Source: Candidatus Omnitrophota bacterium
GTDB taxonomy: Bacteria; Omnitrophota; Gorgyraeia; Gygaellales; Profunditerraquicolaceae
Length of the DNA: 64,000 nt
Direction of reading: 5' to 3'
Assembly: GCA_026387355.1 (NCBI GenBank)
Contig: JAPLLW010000007.1
Location: 42,198-106,197, forward strand
Part shown: positions 48,523 through 56,914 of the stretch, piece after piece
Numbering within the stretch: the stretch's first letter is position 1
Layout: every line of letters begins with the position of its first letter
Program-made: the position numbers and the translations under genes
The notes under the pieces: generated by a model
Seen by the model: only the letters and a program-made list of their open reading frames with translations
Databases searched by the model: none
What the model was told of the DNA's origin: nothing

Positions 48523-49524
48523 CTATTCTTCCTTTTTCTGCCTCGACATTAAGTCTTTAAAAGCCTTAAGCGCAGGTTTATTTTTATAAAGTACCTTGTA
48601 AACCTCCCGCGTGATAGGCATATCAACTTTATATTTTAACGCTAAGTTGTAACCCGCTTTTGCGGTAGGAACTCCTTCAGCTATCATTTGCATATGCGTA
48701 ATTACATTTTTTAAGGTTTTTCCTTTACCTATCTCTTCTCCCACAAATCTATTACGACTATGCGTACTAATGCAAGTAGTAACTAAGTCTCCCAAGCCGC
48801 TGATTCCGCTAAATGTTTGGGCCTTAGCTTTCATAGCTAGTCCTAGTCTTGAAATCTCAGCTAGTCCTCGTGAGAGTATAGCTGCTTTAGTATTAGTTCC
48901 AAACCCCAGGCCATCTGACACCCCGCAGGCAAGAGCAATAACATTCTTCAGGCTCCCTCCTAATTCAACGCCTATAACATCATCATTAGTATAAATTCTG
49001 AATCGATCGGTTGTAAATGTTTCCTGTAAAAACTTCCTTACTCCTAGATTATGCGAAGCTATAACTGCTACCGTAGGGATTCCTTGCGCTACTTCGCAGG
49101 CGATAGTTGGTCCGGATAAAACAGCTAGTTTCACCCTTCCTAGTTCACTATGAATTACTTCGGAGATTCTTTTGAGTGTTCCGATTTCAAGCCCCTTGAT
49201 CACGCTTAAGTAGGTAGCCTCTTTAGGGTAACCGATGCTCTTTATTTTCTTTAAGACTCCCCGTAGATATTGCGACGGAATTGCTAGTACAATTAAATCC
49301 TTATCGTTTATGGTATTTCTTAAATTATGAGTTATTAAAATTTCCTTAGGTATTTTCTTGCCGGGTAAGAATTTCTTGTTCTCTCGGTGCTTATTCATAT
49401 AGGCAACATTCCCAGAGAATGCCCCCCAAATAGTAACTCGTAGTCTTTTCTTTGCCAGAAGAATACCCAGGGTAGTTCCCCATCCTCCGTCACCTATAAT
49501 AGCTACATTTGGCTTATTTTTCAT
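48523..49524 (-). CDS. gpsA: NAD(P)H-dependent glycerol-3-phosphate dehydrogenase
   Basis: VAIIGDGGWGTTLGILLA Rossmann. GpsA C-domain. Confidence 0.9.
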   Translation of the reverse strand: MKNKPNVAIIGDGGWGTTLGILLAKKRLRVTIWGAFSGNVAYMNKHRENKKFLPGKKIPKEILITHNLRNTINDKDLIVLAIPSQYLRGVLKKIKSIGYPKEATYLSVIKGLEIGTLKRISEVIHSELGRVKLAVLSGPTIACEVAQGIPTVAVIASHNLGVRKFLQETFTTDRFRIYTNDDVIGVELGGSLKNVIALACGVSDGLGFGTNTKAAILSRGLAEISRLGLAMKAKAQTFSGISGLGDLVTTCISTHSRNRFVGEEIGKGKTLKNVITHMQMIAEGVPTAKAGYNLALKYKVDMPITREVYKVLYKNKPALKAFKDLMSRQKKEE

Positions 49525-49924
49525 CTGTTTTAAGAGCCTGTTTAATTAAATTGACTTCTGGGATAATACGTGTTTCGTTATGTTCCTCGCGGGTAACAAA
49601 TCTTATCCCTACGTCAAAGTTGTTGTAGCCTTTTGGCTCAACCCTGATTACTTTTCCAATGATACCATTTTGATATATCAAAACGCGCTTTTCCAATTCC
49701 TCACATATACTCAATACCCCTCGGTCAAAACAGAGCCAGAGTATATCATCAGGATTAACCAATTCTCTTATGTTACAGAGTAATCCTGCAGCGCTGATGT
49801 TAGAAGTGTATCCTTGAAGAAGTCTTGAGATAGTCTCTTTTTTGCATATCTTGCATGCTAATGGAGATGCGTAATTAAGTCTGGTAAATGCTCTTTTTTC
49901 GTTATCGCTAGTTATAGTTGTCAT
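49514..49924 (-). CDS. PilZ-domain protein
   Basis: KRAFTRL…SNISAAGLL motifs. Overlaps the upstream thyA-like stop by 4 nt and gpsA by 11 nt. Confidence 0.6.
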   Translation of the reverse strand: MTTITSDNEKRAFTRLNYASPLACKICKKETISRLLQGYTSNISAAGLLCNIRELVNPDDILWLCFDRGVLSICEELEKRVLIYQNGIIGKVIRVEPKGYNNFDVGIRFVTREEHNETRIIPEVNLIKQALKTDEK

Positions 49925-50670
49925 TTTAATACTAAGTTTAGTTTATTTGTTCTAAGTTTAGCTAGGTCCCAGACATAATCATAAAGGTGTAGACCTTTGC
50001 TTGCTGCTATGATTTCACCGTCTTCTACGCCGATTTCTTCAGCCATATATTGTTTAACTAACTGTAGTCCACCCAAGTTTGAGGGAAATCCTCCCCATAA
50101 GTCCCACGAGCGGAAATATAATATAAAGTGTAGCTTACCGTAACGCACCCTTGTATCAATTAATCTTAAGCAAGGGGGATCAACTAATTTTATATCTGAA
50201 GGCATTCCGATCTCCATTACCGCTTGATTCGTACCGGAACCTTTTTCTTTATAGAGTTTTATTACTTCTTCAATCTGGTTAACGTTTAGCGGAACTTCTT
50301 GGAGCATCTCTTTCCCGCCAACATTTTGTTTTATTTTTACTCTTGGATCAACCAGTCTTTCTCCATAGGTGTAATCCTCGGTTTGTGTCTTAGCGCCGGT
50401 TAATAAATAGCTAAGGTAGCCCTGAATATAATCCATATCTGTTGGCGCAGGGATACTCATTCCTTCTGGAATTATAGGGATTATTTGATGCGCAGGTTTC
50501 TTGATTCGCACAACCGCAAAATCAAATTCAAGTCTCTTCTGGCCCTCATAACTACCTTTAGTTATTGTATAAATATGGCCATGGTCGAGTATCTCGGATA
50601 AGCATTGAAACCAGGCATCATCTAAATCAAACGCGTCTATATAAACTGGTTTTAATAATTCTTCAGCCAT
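49921..50670 (-). CDS. thyA: Thymidylate synthase, divergent short (archaeal-like) ThyA
   Basis: Aligns to the ThyA catalytic core. PPCLRL (active-site Cys), RSWD matching RSCD, PSN, HLYDY. 249 aa. Confidence 0.6.
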   Translation of the reverse strand: MAEELLKPVYIDAFDLDDAWFQCLSEILDHGHIYTITKGSYEGQKRLEFDFAVVRIKKPAHQIIPIIPEGMSIPAPTDMDYIQGYLSYLLTGAKTQTEDYTYGERLVDPRVKIKQNVGGKEMLQEVPLNVNQIEEVIKLYKEKGSGTNQAVMEIGMPSDIKLVDPPCLRLIDTRVRYGKLHFILYFRSWDLWGGFPSNLGGLQLVKQYMAEEIGVEDGEIIAASKGLHLYDYVWDLAKLRTNKLNLVLK

Positions 50671-50691
50671 AGCACCTTTCTTAAAAATAGT

Positions 50692-51075
50692 CTACTTAAT
50701 TGTTTCTTTTGCGTTTTTAATATAAAGCTTAAAGTTACTCAAAATTTGCGTAATAGGCATATTCTTGCCGATATAGCCAGCGCAGCCATATTCCTTAGAT
50801 TTACGGATCAGTTCATCGTCATAGCCAAACCCCGTAATCATAATCACTATCATATTTGGCTTTAGATTCTTAAGCATTTTTAAAGCTTCTAATCCACTCA
50901 TGCCGGGTAGTTTTATGTCAAGCAAAACAACGTCAAAGTCCTCTTTCTTTACGGTTTCTAAGGCTTCCTCTCCTGTGGCAACTGCAGAGATTCTAAAGTC
51001 TTCTTTTTTTAATAATTCTTCAAACATCTCTCTTACCGGAGCTTCGTCATCTACTACTAAGACCTTGAGAATCAT
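50692..51075 (-). CDS. Single-domain response regulator (CheY-like receiver)
   Basis: VLVVDDE…D54-equivalent LLDIKLPGMSG…K. Confidence 0.85.
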   Translation of the reverse strand: MILKVLVVDDEAPVREMFEELLKKEDFRISAVATGEEALETVKKEDFDVVLLDIKLPGMSGLEALKMLKNLKPNMIVIMITGFGYDDELIRKSKEYGCAGYIGKNMPITQILSNFKLYIKNAKETIK

Positions 51076-51076
51076 A

Positions 51077-52543
51077 CTAACCTCCTTTTTTAATAAAGGG
51101 CAACTTAATTATAAAAGTTGTTCCTTGATTTAATTGGCTTCGCACATCTATAGTGCCATTATGATTTTTAATTATACTATAACATATAGATAAACCCAAG
51201 CCTGTTCCGTCTTTTTTAGTTGAAAAAAAAGGCATAAACATGTTTTTGAGATTTATGGGTGCAATCCCATTGCCAGTATCGGAGATTGTAATTTCTGCAA
51301 ATGTATCGTCTAATCTATTGGTTTTTATGGTAAGTGTACCGCCTTTTTCCATTGCCTGGCAGGCATTGATAAATAAATTCAGAAAGATCTCTTGTAGCTG
51401 GTGAATATCTCCTCTAATTAACAAAAGATTATCAGAGAAATATTTTATTATGTGTATTTTGTGCGAAGGTAGCTTATGATATGCTAATAACGGAAGCACA
51501 TTCTTAATTACTTTATTTATATCTAAATCCACAGCTTGAGGAGGTGTTTTGCGAGCAAAGACTAAAACTCTATCAACAAGCGAACGAATCCTCTGTGCCT
51601 GGGTTTCAATTGCTTTTAGATCGGACTTAAGCTTGTTTCCAAATCTCTTATTAGCTAGCAATAGGTTTATTTTTCCCGAAATGACAAAAAGAGGGTTGTT
51701 TATTTCATGTGACATGCCCGCGGCTAGTTGTCCAACGGCTGCCATCTTTTCAGATTGGAATATCTGGTATTCCAGTCTTTTTTGTTCAGTGATATCTTTA
51801 GCCATAAAGATGTAGCCTAAAATCGTATCCGACGATATAAATTTACTCACGTTTAGAATAACCGGAAAAGACGTTCCATCTTTTTTTATAAGGAATGTCT
51901 CTAGTTCGTATTCTCCCTGTTGCATAACTTGTTCTAAAATGAAAGGAAGTTTATAAGCAACATCATCATAAGCGTGAATCATACTCACATGTTTAAAAAT
52001 AATCTCATCTCGTTTCCAGCCAAACATTAACTCCGCACCCATTCCGTAATAAGTTATATTTCCTTCTAGATTAATAGCGTATAAGGCAAATTCTTTTATG
52101 TTAGATATGATATTCTTAAGTGTAGCGTCAATGTTTTGCATTGAGGTCTCTCTCTCTTGAAGCAAGGTTATGTCGCTACCTAGAAGCAAAACACCTTCCA
52201 TTTCATCGTTTGCGTTTAACAGGGGAGAAATATTCCAGGATATTGCAAGATCATTTTTTGTTCTATCAGTGAGGGTGCCTTCAAAAATATTCGGCCTTTT
52301 ATAATTAAAAGAATCATCTACTACGGCTTTAAACAGTTGTTGTTTTATCTCCATACTTGAATCCGGGCACAAGGCGCCGAACCAGTGTTTACCAATAAGT
52401 GTTTCTCTGGTTACCCCGGTTAGCTCTTCCGTCTTCTTATTGCAAAGAAAAATATTCCCAAAGCGATCTAAGTAAAGTGCGATAGCATTGCAGTCATCAA
52501 ATACCTTTTCTAGTAAATCTTTATTTTGTTGACCGTTAGCCAT
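51077..52543 (-). CDS. PAS-domain sensor histidine kinase
   Basis: Two PAS-like segments. H-box SHEINNPL. HATPase_c (DTGNGI…GLGLS). Confidence 0.85.
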   Translation of the reverse strand: MANGQQNKDLLEKVFDDCNAIALYLDRFGNIFLCNKKTEELTGVTRETLIGKHWFGALCPDSSMEIKQQLFKAVVDDSFNYKRPNIFEGTLTDRTKNDLAISWNISPLLNANDEMEGVLLLGSDITLLQERETSMQNIDATLKNIISNIKEFALYAINLEGNITYYGMGAELMFGWKRDEIIFKHVSMIHAYDDVAYKLPFILEQVMQQGEYELETFLIKKDGTSFPVILNVSKFISSDTILGYIFMAKDITEQKRLEYQIFQSEKMAAVGQLAAGMSHEINNPLFVISGKINLLLANKRFGNKLKSDLKAIETQAQRIRSLVDRVLVFARKTPPQAVDLDINKVIKNVLPLLAYHKLPSHKIHIIKYFSDNLLLIRGDIHQLQEIFLNLFINACQAMEKGGTLTIKTNRLDDTFAEITISDTGNGIAPINLKNMFMPFFSTKKDGTGLGLSICYSIIKNHNGTIDVRSQLNQGTTFIIKLPFIKKGG

Positions 52544-52550
52544 AGTCTGG

Positions 52551-52621
52551 AGCGAGCGATCGGAATCGAACCGACATATATAGCTTGGAAGGCTATTGTT
52601 CTACCATTGAACTACGCTCGC
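52551..52621 (-). tRNA. tRNA-Gly (anticodon TCC)
   Basis: Acceptor GCGAGCG/CGCTCGC. Anticodon stem ATAGC/GCTAT, loop CTTCCAA. T-loop TTCGATT. Discriminator U. Confidence 0.85.
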
Positions 52622-52725
52622 AAATCTCCGCTTGCATTGAAATGTGTTTCTCGATTCGCTTCATTTGTTCGAAGTCGCTCGGTTGAATGGTTTACCGCGA
52701 GCGAGCAACGTAGTTGCGAGTCGAG

Positions 52726-52811
52726 TGGTGGGCAGGAAAGGATTCGAACCTTTGAAGCACATGTGCAACAGATTTACAGTCTGTCCCCTTTGGCCACTTG
52801 GGTACCTGCCC
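52726..52811 (-). tRNA. tRNA-Tyr (anticodon GTA), CCA encoded
   Basis: Class II tRNA with a long variable arm. Anticodon loop CTGTAAA. Close to E. coli tRNA-Tyr in the D, anticodon and T arms. Ends …CCTGCCCACCA. Confidence 0.9.
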
Positions 52812-52857
52812 AAATTATCAAAAAAATAATCAAAGCTATCAGCTATGAGCTAAATCA

Positions 52858-52930
52858 AGCCGGCGAGAGGAATCGAACCCCCGACCCGCTGTTTACAAAA
52901 CAGCTGCTCTACCAACTGAGCTACGCCGGC
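52858..52930 (-). tRNA. tRNA-Thr (anticodon TGT)
   Basis: Acceptor GCCGGCG/CGCCGGC. Anticodon stem GCTGT/ACAGC, loop TTTGTAA. T-loop TTCGATT. Confidence 0.85.
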
Positions 52931-53778
52931 AAATATCCGTTCTTTCTCAAGGCGTATGGGATTTTATCAATAATATCCGAAGCAATCAAGGAAATTTGCG
53001 TTTTTTCTTTGGCGCCAAGGTCGCCGGCTAAACCGTGCAGATATACTGCATATTTGGCGCTAGCAAAGGCATTTAGACCCTGACCAAGAAACGCAGCAAT
53101 CATCCCAGTTAAAACATCACCGCTTCCCGCAGTAGCCATACCTGGATTGCCAGTCTTATTGATGAACAGAATCCCATTCTCGTTACTTACTAGAGTATGA
53201 TTACCTTTTAAAACTAAAATGATTTTATGCCTCTTTGCAAATGACTTAGCCACTTCTTTTCTGTTGCTTTGGACGTAAATTACGCTTTTTTTTATAAGCC
53301 TAGCCATTTCTCCAGGGTGCGGCGTAATAATTGTACCTTGCTTAAGATATTCAAGATAACCTGTTAGCGCATTTAATCCGTCAGCGTCAATAACCAGAGG
53401 TAACTTTACAGTTTTTACAAGATTACGCACCAGCAATTTAGTGGATCTTTCAAGTGCAAGTCCCGGACCGATTACTAATACATCAATCTTCTTCAGGAAT
53501 TCGAGTAATTTTTTATAACCCGTGACTCCGAAGTAACCCTTTTTATCCTCCGCTAAAGGCAGGATCATAACTTCTTTGGGTTTTATTTTCAATAAAGTAG
53601 ATTTCAAGCTTTCAGGAACTCCTAAAGTTACTAATCCAGCCCCTGATCGTAGGGCACTCTCTGCGCAAAGTTGCGCTGCACCTAAGAATTTAACAGATCC
53701 GGCCAAGATAAAGATATGGCCAAAATCACTTTTGTTACTATTAACTTTTCTTCTTAACAATTGCGTTGGCAACCGCAT
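52921..53778 (-). CDS. nnrD: ADP-dependent NAD(P)H-hydrate dehydratase (YjeF C-terminal family)
   Basis: GHIFILAGSVKFLGAAQLCA… and GSGDVLTG motifs. Confidence 0.8.
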   Translation of the reverse strand: MRLPTQLLRRKVNSNKSDFGHIFILAGSVKFLGAAQLCAESALRSGAGLVTLGVPESLKSTLLKIKPKEVMILPLAEDKKGYFGVTGYKKLLEFLKKIDVLVIGPGLALERSTKLLVRNLVKTVKLPLVIDADGLNALTGYLEYLKQGTIITPHPGEMARLIKKSVIYVQSNRKEVAKSFAKRHKIILVLKGNHTLVSNENGILFINKTGNPGMATAGSGDVLTGMIAAFLGQGLNAFASAKYAVYLHGLAGDLGAKEKTQISLIASDIIDKIPYALRKNGYLPA

Positions 53779-54097
53779 AATTTTTTACATGCGAGATAGA
53801 AACAATAACATCTACTCCTTTTCCTCTTGAATTTAGAATCTTACAAAAAGGTTTTCCTACCTTATCGTTTAATATCTCAACGTCTTTCCAATTTAACGCT
53901 GCATCGCCAAGCGCTTTAAATACAGCTTCTTTTGCGGCAAATCTACCTGCAAGATGCTGGTATAAGCTCCCCCTAGTCTTGGCGTTAAGTAGCTCGTTGT
54001 TAGTAAAGACGCGACCCAGGAAAGCCTGGCCCCATTTTTCCGCTGCTTTTTTTATCCGGCTTACCTCAGTAATATCTACGCCCGTACCTAAAATCAT
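53741..54097 (-). CDS. acpS: Holo-[acyl-carrier-protein] synthase
   Basis: MILGTGVDITEVSRI…, 118 aa. Confidence 0.85.
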   Translation of the reverse strand: MILGTGVDITEVSRIKKAAEKWGQAFLGRVFTNNELLNAKTRGSLYQHLAGRFAAKEAVFKALGDAALNWKDVEILNDKVGKPFCKILNSRGKGVDVIVSISHVKNYAVANAIVKKKS

Positions 54098-54807
54098 TGC
54101 TTGATTAAATCCTTCATTTCTTTAACGGCTTGGCCCAGGCCCGCAAAGAGGGCACGTGCAATAATTGCATGCCCAATATTTAGCTCTTCGATTTCTTTTA
54201 TACGCGCGACATCGAAAACATTGCAGTAATTCAGTCCATGGCCGGCAAAAACACTTAAATCCTGACCCTTGGCGAATTTTGCTGCGGCTTTAAGTTCAAT
54301 CAAAAACTTACTTTCTTGAGCTTTATTTTTAGCGTTAGCGTAAGAGCCGGTATGAAGCTCGATCATCCTAGCCCCTGCTTTTTTAGCAGCAATAATTTGA
54401 CGAATATCAGGGTCTATAAATAAACTTACGTCTATCCCCGAGCCCGCTAGCCTCTTTATAACCTCTTTAATTCTTGCAAAGTTAAGTAGGACATCTAGTC
54501 CGCCTTCGGTGGTAAGTTCAGCTCTTCTTTCCGGGACTAGAGTTGCTTGCTCAGGTTTTATTTTTAAAGCAACCTTTATGATTTCAGGCGCTATAGACAT
54601 TTCAAGATTAAGCCCGACCTTGAGCACTTTTTTTAATATAAACAAATCTTCGTCTTTAATATGCCTACGGTCTTCTCTTAAGTGCGCGACAATTGAATCA
54701 GCTCCACCTGCTTCAGCGATTATCGCCGCAAAAGCAGGTTCCGGGTCTAGCCCTCCCCTGGCTTCTCTTAAAGTGGCAATATGATCAATGTTTACGCCAA
54801 GTCTCAT
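54094..54807 (-). CDS. pdxJ: Pyridoxine 5'-phosphate synthase
   Basis: LGVNIDHIATLREARG N-terminus. Confidence 0.9.
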   Translation of the reverse strand: MRLGVNIDHIATLREARGGLDPEPAFAAIIAEAGGADSIVAHLREDRRHIKDEDLFILKKVLKVGLNLEMSIAPEIIKVALKIKPEQATLVPERRAELTTEGGLDVLLNFARIKEVIKRLAGSGIDVSLFIDPDIRQIIAAKKAGARMIELHTGSYANAKNKAQESKFLIELKAAAKFAKGQDLSVFAGHGLNYCNVFDVARIKEIEELNIGHAIIARALFAGLGQAVKEMKDLIKQ

Positions 54808-54950
54808 AGTATGATTATTGGAAGATAGCCATCTCTCCTTTTATATAAAACCAGAAGATTAGCGCTAATATTAAAGAAATAATTTTGAGTGCCGGGTGAT
54901 TAGTGAATAGATGCAGAATTCTGTAGCCAAGAGTTATTTTGTTTTTAGCT

Positions 54951-55715
54951 TTATTCATTTTTTGATCTTATTAGTTCCTTGACTTTTATAAATATATCTT
55001 CATGCGTCAAATCTTTATAAAGTTTTCCCTGGTGAACCAAAGAGATATCGCCTCTTTCTTCAGAGACTATAATAATAATTGCATCTGTCTCTTCGCTTAA
55101 ACCTAGAGCTGCCCTATGGCGTGTTCCAAATATGCGGTTGATATCATGTCTTTGGGCCAGAGGAAAAAGACTCCCTGCGCTTATTATTCTGCCCTGCTGA
55201 ATAATTATTCCACCGTCATGTAATGGATTGTTGGGTGTGAATATCGCTTGAATAAGTTCTGAGGTTATCTTTGCGTCAGTCCTAATTCCGCTCTCAACGT
55301 ACCTAGAGAGAGGATCAGCTTTTTCAACGGCAATCAATGCTCCGATTTTATCGTTAGCTAGGATCTCTGTCGCCTTGCTTATCTCTTTAAGTATAAGATC
55401 TAGGTCTTCTTCGCGCATAGTCGTAATAAAAATATGTTTCTGGCCTAAGCGCGCCAAAGCCTGCCTTATCTCAGGATGGAAAATAATCAGAATAGCAATA
55501 ACAGAGGTAGCAAAAAAGCTCCTGAACAACCAGTCTAATCTTTCAAGTCCCAGTTTTTGAAATAGGAAAAAGGCTATTAGAAGCATCGCTATTCCGCGCA
55601 CAACTTGTATAGCGCGCGAACCTTCGAAAAAAACTATTACTTGATAAATAAATGCCCACAAAATTAAAATCTCAAGTATTGCTTTCCAGTGGGTTAAGAT
55701 AGCAGTTAATTCCAT
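54951..55715 (-). CDS. cdaA: Diadenylate cyclase (membrane-anchored CdaA)
   Basis: N-terminal TM helices plus DAC domain (DGGIII…RHRAALG). Confidence 0.9.
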   Translation of the reverse strand: MELTAILTHWKAILEILILWAFIYQVIVFFEGSRAIQVVRGIAMLLIAFFLFQKLGLERLDWLFRSFFATSVIAILIIFHPEIRQALARLGQKHIFITTMREEDLDLILKEISKATEILANDKIGALIAVEKADPLSRYVESGIRTDAKITSELIQAIFTPNNPLHDGGIIIQQGRIISAGSLFPLAQRHDINRIFGTRHRAALGLSEETDAIIIIVSEERGDISLVHQGKLYKDLTHEDIFIKVKELIRSKNE

Positions 55716-56908
55716 CTTTTGATCTCGTCCCTGACTAATAAAGCCTCTTTGACTTGCGCGACATCATGAACCCTGAGAATATTAGCCCCGTTTTCGCAAG
55801 CTACTATACACGAAGCTATTGTTCCACAAATCTGATCCCGTACTTGGGTACCCAATATTTTACCAATAAATGATTTTCGGGAGGTTCCCACTAAAATGGG
55901 TTGTCCCAACGTTTTAAATTCAGAAAGTTTATTCAATATCTCTAAATTATGTTCTAAGGTTTTACCGAAACCGATTCCTGGGTCAACGATAATATTCTCT
56001 CTCTTAATACCGTTATCTAACCCCTTTTTAATTGCGTCATTTAGATATAAGATTATTTCGCCGATTAAGCAGGAATAGCTTGGTTTCTTCTGCATAAAGC
56101 GTGGAATTCCTTGCATATGCATAATTACTACGCCTGCGTTATATTTAGCGATAATTTTTGCCATCTTTATATTTCTCAATCCGCTTATATCATTGACTAA
56201 ACTTGCGCCGTTATCCAGGGCCTGTTTGGCTACTTCATGCTTGGTTGTATCAATTGAAATCGGAATCCGTGTATTCTTGGATAGGGATTTTATTACCGGT
56301 ATAGTCCTGGATAGCTCTTCTTTTAAAGAGATACTCTTTGCCCCCGGACGGCTAGATTCGCCTCCGATATCAATAATATCCGCGCCGTCTCTGACTAATC
56401 CTTGCGCATATTTAACAGCGTTCTTTGGAAAAGAATGGGCGCTATAAAGTCCATCGCCGCTAAAAGAATCTGTGGTCGCGTTAAGAATTCCCATAATATA
56501 AGTGCTCGTTCCCAGGTTAAGTTTATATTTTCCTAAAGCTAATTTAAAAGAATCTTTTCTAAAATTCTCCAAAGCTGAAGTTAGATCAATAGCCACTTTA
56601 CTTAATCCAAATGGCTGTCTATGCAGCTTATAACTTAAGCGGTTAAACTGGGCAAGGTTTCCCATTATAAGACAATCTGTTACCTTGCTTTTCCCGGTTA
56701 AGGCGCCGCGGCTAACCGCTACGTCTCCTCCTAAGGAAAGCATCTCTTGTTTTAATATATTAGCGCAGATATTGCTCAGGGATTTAATCTTTAAAAGATA
56801 AGCCTGTGCCTTAGGCAGCATAATCTTTATGCCATAAGTATCCACATTGATGCTCTTCATAACTTGCAGAATATTTTTTTCTTTACTTGCGTCTAAGATT
56901 TGCAGCAT
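55706..56908 (-). CDS. folP: Dihydropteroate synthase with a ~130 aa N-terminal extension
   Basis: Pterin-binding core (GILNATTDSFSGDG…DIGGESSRPGA) preceded by an extra N-terminal domain of unknown family. Confidence 0.85.
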   Translation of the reverse strand: MLQILDASKEKNILQVMKSINVDTYGIKIMLPKAQAYLLKIKSLSNICANILKQEMLSLGGDVAVSRGALTGKSKVTDCLIMGNLAQFNRLSYKLHRQPFGLSKVAIDLTSALENFRKDSFKLALGKYKLNLGTSTYIMGILNATTDSFSGDGLYSAHSFPKNAVKYAQGLVRDGADIIDIGGESSRPGAKSISLKEELSRTIPVIKSLSKNTRIPISIDTTKHEVAKQALDNGASLVNDISGLRNIKMAKIIAKYNAGVVIMHMQGIPRFMQKKPSYSCLIGEIILYLNDAIKKGLDNGIKRENIIVDPGIGFGKTLEHNLEILNKLSEFKTLGQPILVGTSRKSFIGKILGTQVRDQICGTIASCIVACENGANILRVHDVAQVKEALLVRDEIKRWN

Positions 56909-56914
56909 ATTCTT

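Noticed and set aside
52526-53083. 185-aa plus-strand ORF
   Set aside because: Spans three minus-strand tRNA genes and the 3' end of nnrD. Spurious.
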